Shown here one piece after another: positions 38,556 to 51,705 of a stretch of 64,000 bases of DNA. Numbering within the stretch: position 1 is the stretch's first letter; every line of letters starts with the position of its first letter. The notes under the pieces are model-generated. The model was given only the letters and a program-made list of their open reading frames with translations, was not told the origin of the DNA and did not search any database. Both the position numbers and the translations under genes were made by a program. Source of the DNA: Octopus sinensis (taxonomy: Eukaryota); the NCBI RefSeq assembly GCF_006345805.1, contig NC_043014.1:42594001-42658000 (forward strand). Direction: 5' to 3'.

Positions 38556-39164
38556 TTAACCCTTTCTTTACCAACCCGGCTGAAACCGGCTCTGGCTCTG
38601 TAGTACAAATGTCTTGTTTTCATGAGTTTTGAATTAAAATCTTCCACCAAACCTTAGTCACAATTAATGTTCCGAGCACTAGCTTAATTAATGATAACTA
38701 AGTTATTTTACTAAAACTAGCAGTATCGCCCGGCGTTGCTTGGGTTTGTAAGGGAAATAACTATATAAGCATTTTTAGAGAGTTATAGCCAAAAAATAGC
38801 AAAAAAATGCATTAAAAATGGAAAAAAATATGATGGTAAATTTTTTTTGAAATCGTTGACTCATCGTAGAAATTTTTAGAGAGTTACTTCCCTTAGCGAA
38901 AAAATGCATTAAAATGGAAAAAATGATGGTAAATTATTTTTAAAATCGTAGACTCATCGTAGACGCACGCTAATACCCAGAAGGGCTCGATATGAATCAC
39001 GACTATAAGATACCCGGTTTTGGTTAAACTGCACCGCAAAATGTGGGAGTAGTTAGGAATCTAAATCGTAGGAGACAGACACACAACTTCACTTTTATAT
39101 ATAAAGATTAACTGAAAGACACACACAGAGCATCTCAAAATAAATACAGTAACAAAAGGGTTAA
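38556..39164. mobile_element. TTAA MITE (same family as 22581) with nested Helitron
   Basis: ttaaccctttc...; after removing 38717-39107 it aligns to 22581-22809; ends caaaagggttaa. Confidence 0.88.
38717..39107 (-). mobile_element. Non-autonomous Helitron
   Basis: Minus strand starts TCtttatatataaaag and ends ...cccaagcaacgccgggcgatactgCTAG with an imperfect subterminal hairpin; inserted between A and T; no TSD. Confidence 0.8.
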
Positions 39165-40204
39165 AAAAATTTTTTTTTTTTTATTTATGATTCTTGTTTT
39201 ATTGTAACGTTGATCTTGGTTTTAACCTAAGTCGGTCTTCACTATTCAATTTGTATTTCACTTATGGGAATCTCGTGTTAATTGTGGTGCAGCTGTCCCT
39301 AAGATTGTGGGATGAATGAAGCACATCCTTAGTCCCTTCTTACTCCCTTTTAAAAAGACAATAGGGCAGTTGCCGATGTTTACTGAACAAACACAACTTG
39401 TATATATATATATCGGTTGGCTCTCTCGATCCTTCACTTGATCCAGCTCCCTTGCGAAACTCCAGTAGATCTCTGGGCTGGGGTTTATAACTATTTGTTT
39501 CATGGGCAGGGAAAGTTGACACAAGCAGCAGGGAGTCAAACTGGATCAGTGTGCATGTCTCTCATAGTGGTGGGAGAGAAAAAGAAAAGGGTTGCCAGCA
39601 TTTAAACCCTATCATGTCAGTAATGCACTGGGTATCTTTTACACTTCCTAACTGCTTATTCAAATGAGATAATTGTTTGCTTCCCCCATGAAACATCTTT
39701 GTGGTTTGTCTTTTGTGTCTTTTTTCTTTGTCTTTTTTATTTGTTTGTTTTATTATTCTTTTGCTTGTTTCAGTCAATGAACTGTGGCCTTGCTGGAGCA
39801 TCACCTTGAAGGGTTTTAGTTGAACAAATCAACCCCTATAGTTTTTACTTATTTTATTGGTTTCTTTTGCCAAAGCACTATGCTACAGGAATGTAAACAA
39901 ACTAACACCAGTTGTGAAGCAGTGATAGGGGACAAAACATAGACACACACACAGACATATATAAAAGGAAGACTCTGTTGGTTACTACGACGAAGGTCCC
40001 AGCTTATATGATCCATGGAACAGCCTGCTCATGAAATTAATGTGCAAGTGGCTGAGCACTCCACAGACGTGCACTCTTAACATAGGATATTCAGTGTAAC
40101 ACAAAGTGTGACAAGGCCAGCTCTTTGAAATACAGGTCCTACTCATTTTTGCCAGCTGAGTGGACTTGAGCAACATGAAATAATGCACCTTCACACACAT
40201 ATAT

Positions 40205-40352
40205 TTGTGCAGGCACAGCTGTGTGGTAAGAAGCTTATTTTCCAACCATATGGTTCTGAGTTCAGTCCCACTGCATGGTACTTTGAGCAAGTCTCTTCTA
40301 CTAGACCCTCAGGTTGACCAAAGCCTTGTGAATGAATTTGGTAGACGGAAAC

Positions 40353-40399
<47 letters not shown>

Positions 40400-40620
40400 G
40401 TTTGTGTGTCTGTGTTTGTTCCTCCTCTATTGCTTGACAACTGATGTCGGTGTGTTTACATCCCTGTAACTTAGCAGTTCAGCAAAAGGAGTCTGATAGA
40501 ATACATACTAGGCTTACAAAGAATAAGTCCTGGGATTGATTTGTGTCGGCTACAATCCTTCAAGGCTGTGCTCCAGCATGGCCGCAGTCAAATGACTGAA
40601 ACAAACAAAAGAATAAACGA
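40205..40620 (+). mobile_element. SINE A copy
   Basis: Head, TA core and tail gcagtcaaatgactgaaac. Confidence 0.8.
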
Positions 40621-40643
40621 ATATATATATGTATATATATATG

Positions 40644-40679
<36 letters not shown>

Positions 40680-40847
40680 AATGTACACCAGCTTCTCTGT
40701 TTCTGCCTAAATCCACTCACAAGGGTTTGCTCAGTTCTGCGAAGGCAGTTGCCCAAGTTTCCGGGCAGTGGAGACTGAACCCAAGGATTGCACATGGTTG
40801 GGAAACAAGCTTCTTAACCACTGAACTGCAATTGTTTTCGCTTTTAT

Positions 40848-40879
<32 letters not shown>

Positions 40880-41229
40880 TTTCTTTTTAATCACAAATAT
40901 TACAGTTGATGTTTCAATAATGATTATTTTGTGTTCATAAAAATCTTGATTGAGGTTTATAATAATAACTACAATGAAGCGATTTAGCTTCGAATACTCT
41001 TTTTGACACCCACCGACCGAGTCTGCTTCCATTAAATGGTTTGTTAATTCTTCATCGAAATTATGTCTCGCTCTCTATGTGGACGGAGTTAACGATGATT
41101 ACAGGTCTGTAACCCTTCCTCCCTCTTAGCATACACTCCCCTCCGCCCTGTTAACTATCATTCTCTTTCGCATGCAACTCAAATGAAAAGCGAAAACCAA
41201 AATGAAACATGCATTTGCCGATCCATTAT

Positions 41230-41279
41230 TGAATATATACATGTGTGTGTGTTTGTGTATGTATGTGTGTGTGTGTGTG

Positions 41280-41335
<56 letters not shown>

Positions 41336-41373
41336 ATACATATACATATATATATATATACATATACATGTAC

Positions 41374-41405
<32 letters not shown>

Positions 41406-41587
41406 TATATATATGTATATGTATATATTATATATGTATATATATATATATGTATATGTATATGTATATATTATATATATATGTATATATATATATATGT
41501 ATATATATTATGTATATGTATATATTATGTATATGTATATATATATGTATATGTATAATATATGTATATGTATATTATATGTATATG

Positions 41588-41618
<31 letters not shown>

Positions 41619-41695
41619 GTAATATATATATATATGTATATGTATATATATATATGTATATGTATATATATGTATATGTATACATATATATTATG

Positions 41696-41728
<33 letters not shown>

Positions 41729-41730
41729 GT
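41230..41730. repeat. (TA)n-rich compound microsatellite
   Basis: Direct inspection. Confidence 0.95.
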
Positions 41731-42093
41731 GCATAATTGCAAGGAATGTAACATCTAATATTCCATGCATGCGTGTCTGTATGTATATGTTATATATATT
41801 TATATTACGGCAAGGAATGTAATATCTAATAATCTAATATTCCATAGATGTGTGTGTGTTTGTATATATATATTATGTGTGTGTATATATATTATATATA
41901 TATACACACACATATATATACATATATAAAAGCTTGTTTTATGCTGTTTGCTCATTCTTATTTTCTCCTTTTCTCCCTGACAGCTGCATGTATATTTTGG
42001 CTGAGCAGAATATATATATTTTGTTGACTGCTGGAAAAGAGGGAAGAAAAAAAAGGGCCGGGGTGGGTGGTGGTAGGGCTTTTATTATTATTA

Positions 42094-42124
<31 letters not shown>

Positions 42125-43354
42125 CATCATTGTACAAGAGAGACATTACGTCCCTCTCCCACATACATACACACACACACACTTTCATTTTGTTCACATT
42201 ACAGACAATCCAAGCAATCCCTTAATGTTTCATGCCTTTAGGGTGGTTTTCTCCCTTCCTTCTTTCCCCCCTTACCCTGTGCCTTGTCCCCCCCCCCACA
42301 CACACACCTCGGTCTTACTTACATTTATTTGCATGATAGTCAGTCATCCAATGGCAAAAAGGAAAGCCCCTTCCCTTCGCTGAAGCAGATCGCCTTGTGT
42401 TGCAATTTTCTCCCTAGCCACATCCGCCACCACCACCACCACCCCGCAAACATCCCTTCCATTTTTTTCTTCATCTTGAGGACTTTTAATCCTCCCTTTC
42501 TAATTATAATGGGAGCAGATGGAACCTCTTAAAACCCGCAGTAAAAGAACTCCAGTCGTGAGAAGGAAAGCCCTGTATTCAAACCTCTGTATCATTTTTA
42601 TGTACAAAACAACTGACAAAACCTTTCCTTGTGTGTGTGTGTGTGTGTGTGTATGTATATGTGTTTTTAAACCAATGTAGAACGTAGTTTATTTGCTGTT
42701 GTTGATGCTGGCTGACCAGTCGGTCGTTCGGTCGGTTGGTTGAAATATTATGGAAGAGATTAGACGAAACATAGAGTTGTGACAAGCCTTCAAGTTATCG
42801 TAAGGATTCTTTTCCCTCTCTCTCTCTCTCTCTGTTTTTGAAAATTTTTGCAATACAATGCAATAGTATAAAAGTGCAGTGTGTAATATTGTGTAATAAC
42901 CGTATATAAATAGTATGGTACTTGAAACGGTGCCAATATTTTTTCGGTGTTTCAAATAGATGTTAGTTTATGCCTCACAGCTGTAACATACTCCAATTTT
43001 AACTGTTAACGTTTGCCTCTACCTATAAAGTGTTTTGAGTCCTATTGTCTGGCTCTACATGGACGTAGGAACATTGCCAGACTATTCTTGGTGCTTCCTA
43101 ACACAACGTTCACATGCTGCCAGTGTGGTCTGTGTCACACAGAGAAACACTGTATACAATCCAAACAGAACTTGCCAAAGATCAATATCAGTTTGTCAAG
43201 CAATTTCATTTAATTGTAATTAATGATGGACTACTTTTAAGAAATGGTAAAGTTTACTACGTAACTTACAGTTTATCTGTCAGCATCAAGCTTCACTGTA
43301 TTGGTCAAATCTTAAATCGATAGACCTGTGTTATATTGTAGGATGTCACTTAGA

Positions 43355-44035
43355 TACAGGCATGGCTGTGTGGTAAGAAGCCTGTTGCCCAACCACATGG
43401 TTCCGAGTTCAGTCCCATTGTGTGGCATCTTGGACAAGTGTTTTCAACTATATATTTCTTTATCACTCGCAAGAGGCTAAACACAGAGTGGACAAACAAA
43501 GGTATTAAGTCGATTACATCGACCCCAGTGCATAACTGGTACTTAATTTATCGACCCTAAAAGGATGAAAGGCAAAGTTGACCTCGGCAGAATTTGAACT
43601 CAGAATGTAACGGCAGACGAAATACGGCTACGCATTTCGCCCAGCGTGCTAACGTTTCTGCCAGCTCGCCGCCTACTATAGCCTCATACTAACCAAAGCC
43701 TTGTGAGTAGATTTGGTAGGTGGAAACTGAAAGAATCCTGTCGTATATATTTATATCTATGTGTGTGTATGTGTGTCTGTTTCTCCACACCACTGCTTGA
43801 CACCTGGTGTTGGTGTGTTCATGTCCCCCGTAACTTAGCAGTTCGACAAAAGAGAGTGATAAAATAATTACCAGGAGTTATACACTACTTAGTCACTACT
43901 GTTCCCAGGTCAACTCTGATCTGGAGTAGCAGTACCTGTCAGGGTCCCAGCTATTGGTTAATTAGCATATTAAGGCATGCTTCAAGGTAGTGCTCCAGCA
44001 TGGCCGCAGCCTAATGACTGAAACAAATAATGAAA
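43355..44035 (+). mobile_element. SINE A with nested SINE B (43453-43674, minus) and a further ~100-bp insert (about 43870-43975)
   Basis: actata duplicated at 43447-43452 and 43675-43680 around SINE B; the second insert ttcccaggtcaactctgatctggag resembles 35580-35630. Confidence 0.8.
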
Positions 44036-44060
44036 GAATGATTTGACAAATGTACTTTTA

Positions 44061-44233
44061 CAGTGGAAGCTGCTATTATGATCACCTTGGGACAAAGCAT
44101 TTTCCGCAACAATACCCGAACCATTTGATTCTAATAAGCAGATGATATTTACATGTTAAATATAGTTTGGGACTGACAAATTTGGATAACAGTAACTGGC
44201 TACATTGTGGATTATAATAAATAGCTTCCTCTG
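44061..44233. mobile_element. pogo/Tc1-type MITE, degenerate
   Basis: ta|cagtggaagctgctattatgatc vs rc of the right end cagaggaagctatttattataatc. Confidence 0.5.
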
Positions 44234-44416
44234 TCTATATGCACACGTTCATGTATTTACTCACACACACACATACACACAAAGTTTAATGTACACACGA
44301 TATAGTTATGAGCTACTAACAGTTTCATACATTGAAGATCTTATCTAGGCAGGTTTTAAAACACCTAGTGTCTCCAAGCAATCTCCGTGCTCTGGGCACA
44401 TTGCCCCTAACCAGGC

Positions 44417-44462
<46 letters not shown>

Positions 44463-44463
44463 T

Positions 44464-44775
44464 GTGGAGGCGCAATGGCCCAGTGGTTAGGGCAGCAGAC
44501 TCGCGGTCGTAGGATCGCGGTTTCGATTCCCAGACCGGGCGTTGTGAGTGTTTATTGAGTGAAAACACCTAAAGCTCGACGAGGCTCCGGCAGGGGGTGG
44601 TGGCGATCCCTGCTGTACTCTTTCGCCACAACTTTCTCTCACTCTTTCTTCTGTTGGCCTGCTCGCTTAGCCAGCGGGGTGGCGTCATTTGAAGGCTAAA
44701 AAACAATGTGAAGCGCATTGTGACCAGCAATGTGTGGCAACATCTGATAGCCTGGTCGGTCATGGTGATCACGGT
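44464..44775 (+). mobile_element. SINE D with alternative 3' tail
   Basis: gtggaggcgcaatggcccagtgg...ggtttcgattccc head and D body; the tail differs from the copies at 7021 and 59915. Confidence 0.8.
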
Positions 44776-45213
44776 AATATATATATATATATAAGTATAC
44801 TACACATGTGACATCCTACAGTATAGAATGGGCCATCTAATTTGAGGAGAGCGGAACCAGTACTTAGCAACTTCAGCCTTTCAATTAATCAGTAAGACTA
44901 TGCGACTCATTCAATCAGCCATTCAGCCAAGTTCATTCAAAATTTCACATTGTTGCTGATGGTGATGATGATGATGATGATTTTGAAATAGTCGTTAACA
45001 TCATCATCATCAGTTATTAACTGTGTCTTGCTTTATATCTATCTGAAATCTGATCATTCTAACATTTTAAAGAAAAGTCTTTATTATTATTGCAACATAA
45101 GTATAATCCTTTTTCTTTTTTTTTTGTTTCTAATTTTTGTCTTCACTTGTAAACTGTCCAAAATAAATTATACACACATACATACTTGTGTGTGTGTGTG
45201 TGTGTGTGTGTGG

Positions 45214-45244
<31 letters not shown>

Positions 45245-45246
<2 letters not shown>

Positions 45247-45409
45247 GGTTCAGAAGTGGCTGTGTCGTAAGTAGCTTGCTTACCAACCACATGGTTCCAG
45301 GTTCAGTCCCACTGTGAGGCACCATGGGCAAGTGTCTTCTACTATAACCTTGGACTGACCAAAACCTTGTGAGTGGATTTGGTAGATGGAAACTGAAAGA
45401 AGCCTGTTG

Positions 45410-45462
<53 letters not shown>

Positions 45463-45690
45463 ATATGTTTGTGTGTGTGTATGTATATGTTTGTGTGTGT
45501 TTATCCCCCCCCCCACAACATCTCTTGACAACCGATGCTGGTGTGGTTACATCCCCATAACTTAGCGGTTCAGCAAAAGAGACCAATAGAATAAGTACTA
45601 GGCTTATAACGAATAAGTCCTGGGGTCAATTTGTTTGACTAAAAGGAGGTGCTCCAGCATGGCCGCAGTCAAATGATAAACAAATAAAAG
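45245..45690 (+). mobile_element. SINE A copy
   Basis: Full head-to-tail match to the consensus. Confidence 0.85.
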
Positions 45691-46009
45691 AATATATATA
45701 TGAGTGACTGTTATATATATATTTTTTTTTGTTACTTTTTAATCCAACATTGATAAATCACTAAGCAAATTGCAGATATTATTATATTAATGCTTGCATG
45801 AAATTAAATAAATAATTATATTAATTATTTCAGTCTCATGAAATTAATTAATTCTCAGTACTGAAAGCCAATATGTACTGCGTTTAAAGGAAAGCAAATT
45901 CAATTATTTACATTTGCCACACTTTGATGTCCCTGTCAGTGTATTTCTTTTACATGAGACGATTATGGTTAATTTCCCTGGAAAAATTAAGCAGTGTGAA
46001 TGTAATTTT

Positions 46010-46317
46010 CATCCGTCCATTTTCTCCACCCACTATTTCCGGTGGGATGGTCATGGGTCTAGATTTCTCTGCCATCTCATCCTTAGGGTTCATTCAGAAA
46101 TGACCATCGTTACACTTTCTGTCTGGGTTCCTGCTTGAGATCGTGGATATTATCCAACCTTCTCATTCTTGGTCTACCCTTAATACTCCTGTCGGTTGGC
46201 TCAGCTTGAAGAATTTGTCCTACAATCCTTTCCACATGTCCGTAGAACCAGAGCTGTGACCCCTCAATGTGGAGCAGTGACTGCTCAACCTGAAGACACT
46301 CCCTGAATATAATTTCC
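46010..46317 (-). mobile_element. RTE-clade LINE 3' fragment (RT C-terminus plus tail)
   Basis: An ATG-less minus frame reads EIIFRECLQVEQSLLHIEGSQLWFYGHVERIVGQILQAEPTDRSIKGRPRMRRLDNIHDL, resembling the RTE motifs QLRWFGHV and RGRPR.RW.D; tail ...ggagaaaatggacggatg. Confidence 0.8.
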
Positions 46318-46367
46318 TTAAATTCTACTGGCCATATCCAGCCTCAAATATTCTAACTGTTTTATGT

Positions 46368-46535
46368 TTAACCCTTTAGTGTTCAGATTATTCTATCAAA
46401 CATAATACCTATTGATTCCCATTGATTTGAATTAATCATGCATTATCTCATATCTTCAAGATCTTGATAGTGTAATTACTTAATGTAGAATAACATTGTA
46501 GGGTAGGTGTGAGAGCCTGGATACTAAAGGGTTAA
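46368..46535. mobile_element. TTAA MITE, internally deleted, inside remnants of an opposite-orientation relative
   Basis: ttaaccctttagtgttcag...tactaaagggttaa; flanks ggccatatccagcc and cacacctacc..aatgtcattc match the same family. Confidence 0.75.
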
Positions 46536-46811
46536 ATCAGCCACACCCAGCCCCTCACACCTACCTTCAATGTCATTCCAAAAATGAACAGTCCTATAAA
46601 AGGCATCCCGTCCACACTATGAAGGGATTGGCATTTGGAAGGGCATCCAGTTGTAAAAACCATGCCAAAACAGATACTTTAGCCTGGTGTAATCTTCTAC
46701 TTGTCAAACCATCCAACCCAAGCCAGCATGGACAACAGACGTTAAGTGATGATGATGATATCATTGAAATCTTGAAGCTACAAGATAATGCATGTTTAAT
46801 TTAAAGCAATG

Positions 46812-47105
46812 TAAACGAGCACTCAGAGGGCGCAAACCTCCACCAAAGCAACACCAACGTCCTCTCAACGATTAGCCAGAAATGATTTTCAAAATGAGAA
46901 TATCTAAAATATACTCGAATGCTCTCACAAACGAGAATACTAAAAATGAACCCGACCGCTTTCAAAACTTAAGTATAAAAAAAAATATGGGAAAATAATC
47001 CAGAATCCTTGTCCGGTACCAGATCGATCCCAAAATCTAATCACTTCGTGCCAGTCACGAGGCCAAACATTCCCGAAAGTTCCATCTGAATCCATCCACT
47101 ACGTA
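46812..47105 (-). mobile_element. Probable non-autonomous Helitron-like element
   Basis: Terminus aacgagcactcagagggcgcaaacctcc (hairpin-capable) and ccaaaatctaatca...aaagttccatc internal motifs; classification is by resemblance only. Confidence 0.4.
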
Positions 47106-47474
47106 ACAGTATTGTGTGTGTGTGTTTTCAAAGAAATTACTTGGGTATTCTAAATTGACAATTCCAGGTTCATGGGACTCGACACTCCATCTTATAAAAT
47201 GAGAAGCCAATGAAAGAGCTAGAAATAGCACCAAATCTTCTTTGTTTAATGCCCTACTGTCTATTATAAGGCAAGGGCATATTAGATAATGCAGTCTTTC
47301 ATGCTCCTAAAATAACTGGATGATCACAATTGGAATACATTTGATCATAAATCTGCTTGATCTGGACACACCTGGCTCTAAGATTGATGAGCCAAAAAGA
47401 GTTACGTCCCTTGGTCATTAACCCCTCCAATACCTGTGTGTGTGTGTGAGTATATATATATATATATATATATA

Positions 47475-47865
47475 CTCTTTTATTTGTTTCAGTCATTTAA
47501 CTGCAGTCATGCTGGAGCACCGCCTTTAGTCAAGCGAATCGACCCCAGGACTTATTCTTTGCGAGCCCAGTACTTATTCTATCGGTCTCTTTTGCCGAAC
47601 TGCTAAGTTATGGGGACGTAAACACACCAGCATCAGTTGTCAAGCGATGTTGGGGGTGACAACACACACACGCACACATATATATATATATATACATATA
47701 TACGACAGGCTTCTTTCAGTTTCCATCTACCAAATCCACTCACAAGGCTTTGGCCAGCCCCAGGCTATAGTAGAAGACATTTGCCCAAGGTGCCACGCAG
47801 TAGGACTGAACCCAGAACCATGTGGTTGGTAAGCAAGCCACTTACCACACAGCCACTCCTGTACC
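47475..47865 (-). mobile_element. SINE A copy
   Basis: Reverse complement of the consensus. Confidence 0.85.
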
Positions 47866-47878
47866 TATATATATACTC

Positions 47879-47909
<31 letters not shown>

Positions 47910-48448
47910 TATATTAGCCTTGAAGCCTCCCTTCAGGCTTGTATTTGTGGAGGGCACCTTTGAGGCCTTGGGGATCCATTTTCCATGTTTTCTTTTTTTT
48001 TTTCTCTCATTTTATTCTGACACTGAAAATTTGTGACACTTTCATGGAGTTATATGTGCTTCCAAACTCACTGTAATAATTTATTCACTTCATATTTTTA
48101 GACTTGAACCTAAGCAAGTGAATTGTATGACTATCAAAGCTATCATAATCTTTCCATCACTTCACCATTTCCGAAAAAAAACATTGATATGGGATTGAAA
48201 TAAAATGAACAGGATCCATTTCATTTCAATCTCATCCTATCTTCTATTACAAATCTTTAGCGGGATACTGTAACCAGAACAGGAAAATTAATTTTCCACC
48301 TTGACATAAGTTTCATAAACTACGAAATATAAATATCCGCACTAGCACACTTCAAACATACCTGTTATAACTCCTTATCTCGATTTGAATGTTACATGAA
48401 GGTATTTAGAATGCCCAAACTTATTTCTGCAAATATGCTAATCATAGT

Positions 48449-48676
48449 TTAACCCTTTAGTGTTCAGATTACTCTGTTAAATGTAATACTTTTTCACTCA
48501 AATTGTTTTGAATTAATCAAGCATTATCTTATAGCTTTGAGGTTTCAATGATGTGATTGTTTATTTATAGAATGACATTGTAGGGTAGGTGTAAGAGGCT
48601 AGATATGGCCAGTTTGAATATAAAATATGTGGAATATCTGGACCAAATTTGGCCGGTTTAAACACTAAAGGGTTAA
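48449..48676. mobile_element. TTAA-flanked piggyBac-type MITE (second family)
   Basis: ttaaccctttagtgtt...aacactaaagggttaa: 16-bp terminal inverted match including TTAA. Confidence 0.88.
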
Positions 48677-48714
48677 TCAAAAAACGTAGGAGTGAGATAA
48701 ATGCAGTAAAATAG

Positions 48715-49028
48715 AGTGGGGCGGTCAGAGAGGCCCAATTTAAGCAGCCCTTCAGAAATTGAATCTTCTTACAATACTCCCTGAGAGTTCATGGTATGAA
48801 ATTCATTATCGTTGCTCTGATTTGGTTGCCAGTGCCATGTATGTAGTTTAAAATGCAGTGGGGCCCCAATTAGGCAGCCCTTAAAAAAATAGACCCCCTT
48901 AGGACATTCCCTCGGATTAGGGGAGTTGCTGGTTTGAGTTTCATTGTCCTTGCACCAATGGTCTAGGAGGAGTTAACAAACACAAAAACGTAACGGACAG
49001 AGAAACATCACTCAAATTTATTTAAAGA

Positions 49029-49029
<1 letters not shown>
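48715..49029 (-). mobile_element. Helitron-like 5' fragment
   Basis: Plus strand ends ggaggagtt...acggacagagaaacatcactcaaatttatttaaagat, the same architecture as 38717-39107; no 3' CTAG found. Confidence 0.4.
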
Positions 49030-49075
<46 letters not shown>

Positions 49076-49078
<3 letters not shown>

Positions 49079-49510
49079 CGTAGGAGTAGCTGTGTGGTAA
49101 GTAGCTTGCTTACCAACCACATGCTCCCGGGTTCAGTCCCACTGCGTGGCACCTTGGGCAAGTGTCATCTACTATAGCCTCGGGCCGACCAAAACCTTGT
49201 GAGTGGATTTGGTAGACGGAAACTGAAAGAAGCCCGTCGTATATATGTATGTATATATATATATAATATATATATATATATGTGTGTGTGTGTATATGTT
49301 TGTGTCTGTGTTCGTCCCCCCCCCCCAACATCGCTTGACAACCGATGCTGGTGTGTTTATGTCCCCATCACTTAGCGGTTCGGCAAAAGATACCAATAGA
49401 ATAAGTACTAAGTTTCCAAAGAATAAGTCCTGGGGGTCGATTTCCTCGACTAAAGGCGGTGCTCCAGCATGGCCACAGTCAAATGACTGAAACATGTAAA
49501 AGAGTAAAAA
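49076..49510 (+). mobile_element. SINE A copy
   Basis: Full head-to-tail match. Confidence 0.88.
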
Positions 49511-49851
49511 GAAAGTATATATATATAATGTTACACACACACACCATTGACACTTGTGTTCATAGTCCACCTACATCTCACAGATTCAACCAGCCGTGAC
49601 TTTTGTCATTTCAATTAACTACCTTCCTTTTTCTATGTATCGAATTAATGATCAGGTTTTCTATCTAGCACTGGTTATAAAAATCAATTATGTACTCAGA
49701 AAACCCAGCGAACGAAATGCTACATGGTCACAGCATCTGCTAGAAATAGGTGTCAGCTTACATCCTACGTTTTGACAGTTCAGTTCCTGATGTAAGAATA
49801 ATAATAATAATGATAATAATGATGATAATAATAATGATAATAATAATGATG

Positions 49852-49887
<36 letters not shown>

Positions 49888-49889
49888 TA

Positions 49890-50405
49890 TTTCTTTATTA
49901 CCCACAAGGAGATAAACACAGAGGGGACAAACAAGGACAGACAAAGGGATTAAATCGATTACATCGACCCCAGTGCGTAACTGGTACTTAATTTATCGAC
50001 CCCGAAAGGATGAAAGGCAAAGTCGACCTCGGTGGAATTTGAACTCAGAACGTAACGGCAGACGAAATACCGCTAAGCATTTCACCCGACGTGCTAATAA
50101 TAATAATAATAATAATAATAATGGTGATGAACTCTCCTATCGTATGAGCATTCAGCTGACTGCACAAATGATTTGTTTACAGTGATCAAATGTTCGTGCC
50201 ACATATTAGCTCACTCTTTCCATCAAATTGACGTTGCCTGGACACCTGCATAGTGTGCCATGCATCAGGTGCCGCAGTGATCACAGAGCAATGTGAGATG
50301 AAGTGTTTTGCTCAGGAACACAATGCACCACCCAGTCGAGGAATTGAAATCACGATCTAGTGATTGTCAGTGCAACACCCTTACCACTGAGCCATGTGCC
50401 TTCAC

Positions 50406-50446
<41 letters not shown>

Positions 50447-51000
50447 CCTTTTTGCTGGAGGCACAAGACCTCAAATTTGTGGGGAGGGGACTAGTTGATT
50501 TCATCAACCCCAGTGTTTCACTGGTACTTAATTTATCGACCCCGAAAGGATGAAAGGCAAAGTCGATCTTGGCAGAATTTGAACTCAGAATGTAGCAGCA
50601 GATGAAATACTGCTAAGCATTGCACCTGGTGTGCTAACGATTATGCCAACTCGCCACCTTAATAATAATAATAATCTTTACTATTATAGGCACAAGACTT
50701 GAAAATTTGGGGGAGGGGACTTGTCGATTGCCTCAACCCCAAAATTTTGCTGGTACTTAATTTATTGACCCCAAAAGGATGAAAGGCAAAGTCGACCTCG
50801 GTTGAATTTGAACTCAGAACATAAAGATCTAGAAGAAATGTCACAAAGCAGGATTCTGCCTGGTCATATTCTTGATAATAATGATAATGATGATAATAAT
50901 GATAATGATGATAATAATAATAATGGTCCTTTCTACTATAGTCACAAGGCCTGAAATTTTGGAGGGGGTGAGGTTAGTGAATTACATTGACCCTAGTGGT
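49890..51000 (-). mobile_element. Cluster of SINE B copies plus an E-type SINE (about 50120-50405), separated by (AAT)n
   Basis: aaaggcaaagtcga motifs at about 50015, 50555 and 50785; head gtgaaggcacatggctcagtgg at 50405. Confidence 0.75.
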
Positions 51001-51564
51001 TGACTGCTACCTTGTTTTGTTGGAGTAAGGCATGAAGGGCCGATCTGGAGCTAAACAACAACTTTGTATGTACTTACTGACCAATTGATGCGCAAAATGT
51101 CTCCTGTTAATAATCCTTATATTAATTTGGTTTGGTAATAGCAATTTTCAAATGGTTCCAAGATCAACTTTATATATTTAAATTTGTTGATTGATCAATA
51201 TTACATCAAAGTTGGCACCATAAGCTTTATCATGCTCTCTTTACGGAGATTTGTGATTAGTAAGAAAAATATTTACCTCACACATGCAAAATTGCCTCAA
51301 GCCAAAATTTGCCAAAAGAAATAAAAAGAAGTCGTTTCAATCATTTTTAAGTGAATTTTTTTAAATTTTCACCTTTGAACTTTTGCTTGTCTGATCTCCT
51401 GTAGAAGTAGCCAAGGGCCAGTATATTTCATATGTCATTTCAGAAAGATCTTAATTTTAATTAGTGTTTTAGTTGTTTTTTTTTAAATTGAGAAAATATC
51501 TCAAAAGAAGCTTGTAATTCGATGAATGACAAAAAAGGTATCCAACCCAGTGTAAGAATTTTTG

Positions 51565-51705
51565 CATCGTCTTCTTCTTCTTCTCTTTCTTCTTCTTCTT
51601 CTCTTTCTTCTTCTTCTTCTCTTTCTTCTTCTTCTTCTCTTTCTTCTTCTTCTTCTCTTTTTTCTTCTTCTTCTTCTCCTTCTCTTCTTCTTCTTCTTCT
51701 ACAAC
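51565..51705. repeat. (TTC)n-based 21-bp minisatellite
   Basis: tctttcttcttcttcttcttc-type units repeated about five times. Confidence 0.9.

Noticed and set aside
41080-41110. tggacggag, matching the start of miR-184
   Set aside because: Only 9 nt match and there is no supporting hairpin.
43013-43323. Three short overlapping ORFs in a unique island
   Set aside because: No recognisable domain or convincing splice-site pair; lengths are within chance range.
44464-44545. tRNA-like sequence
   Set aside because: It has A/B boxes but no convincing cloverleaf or acceptor stem, and continues into the SINE D body.
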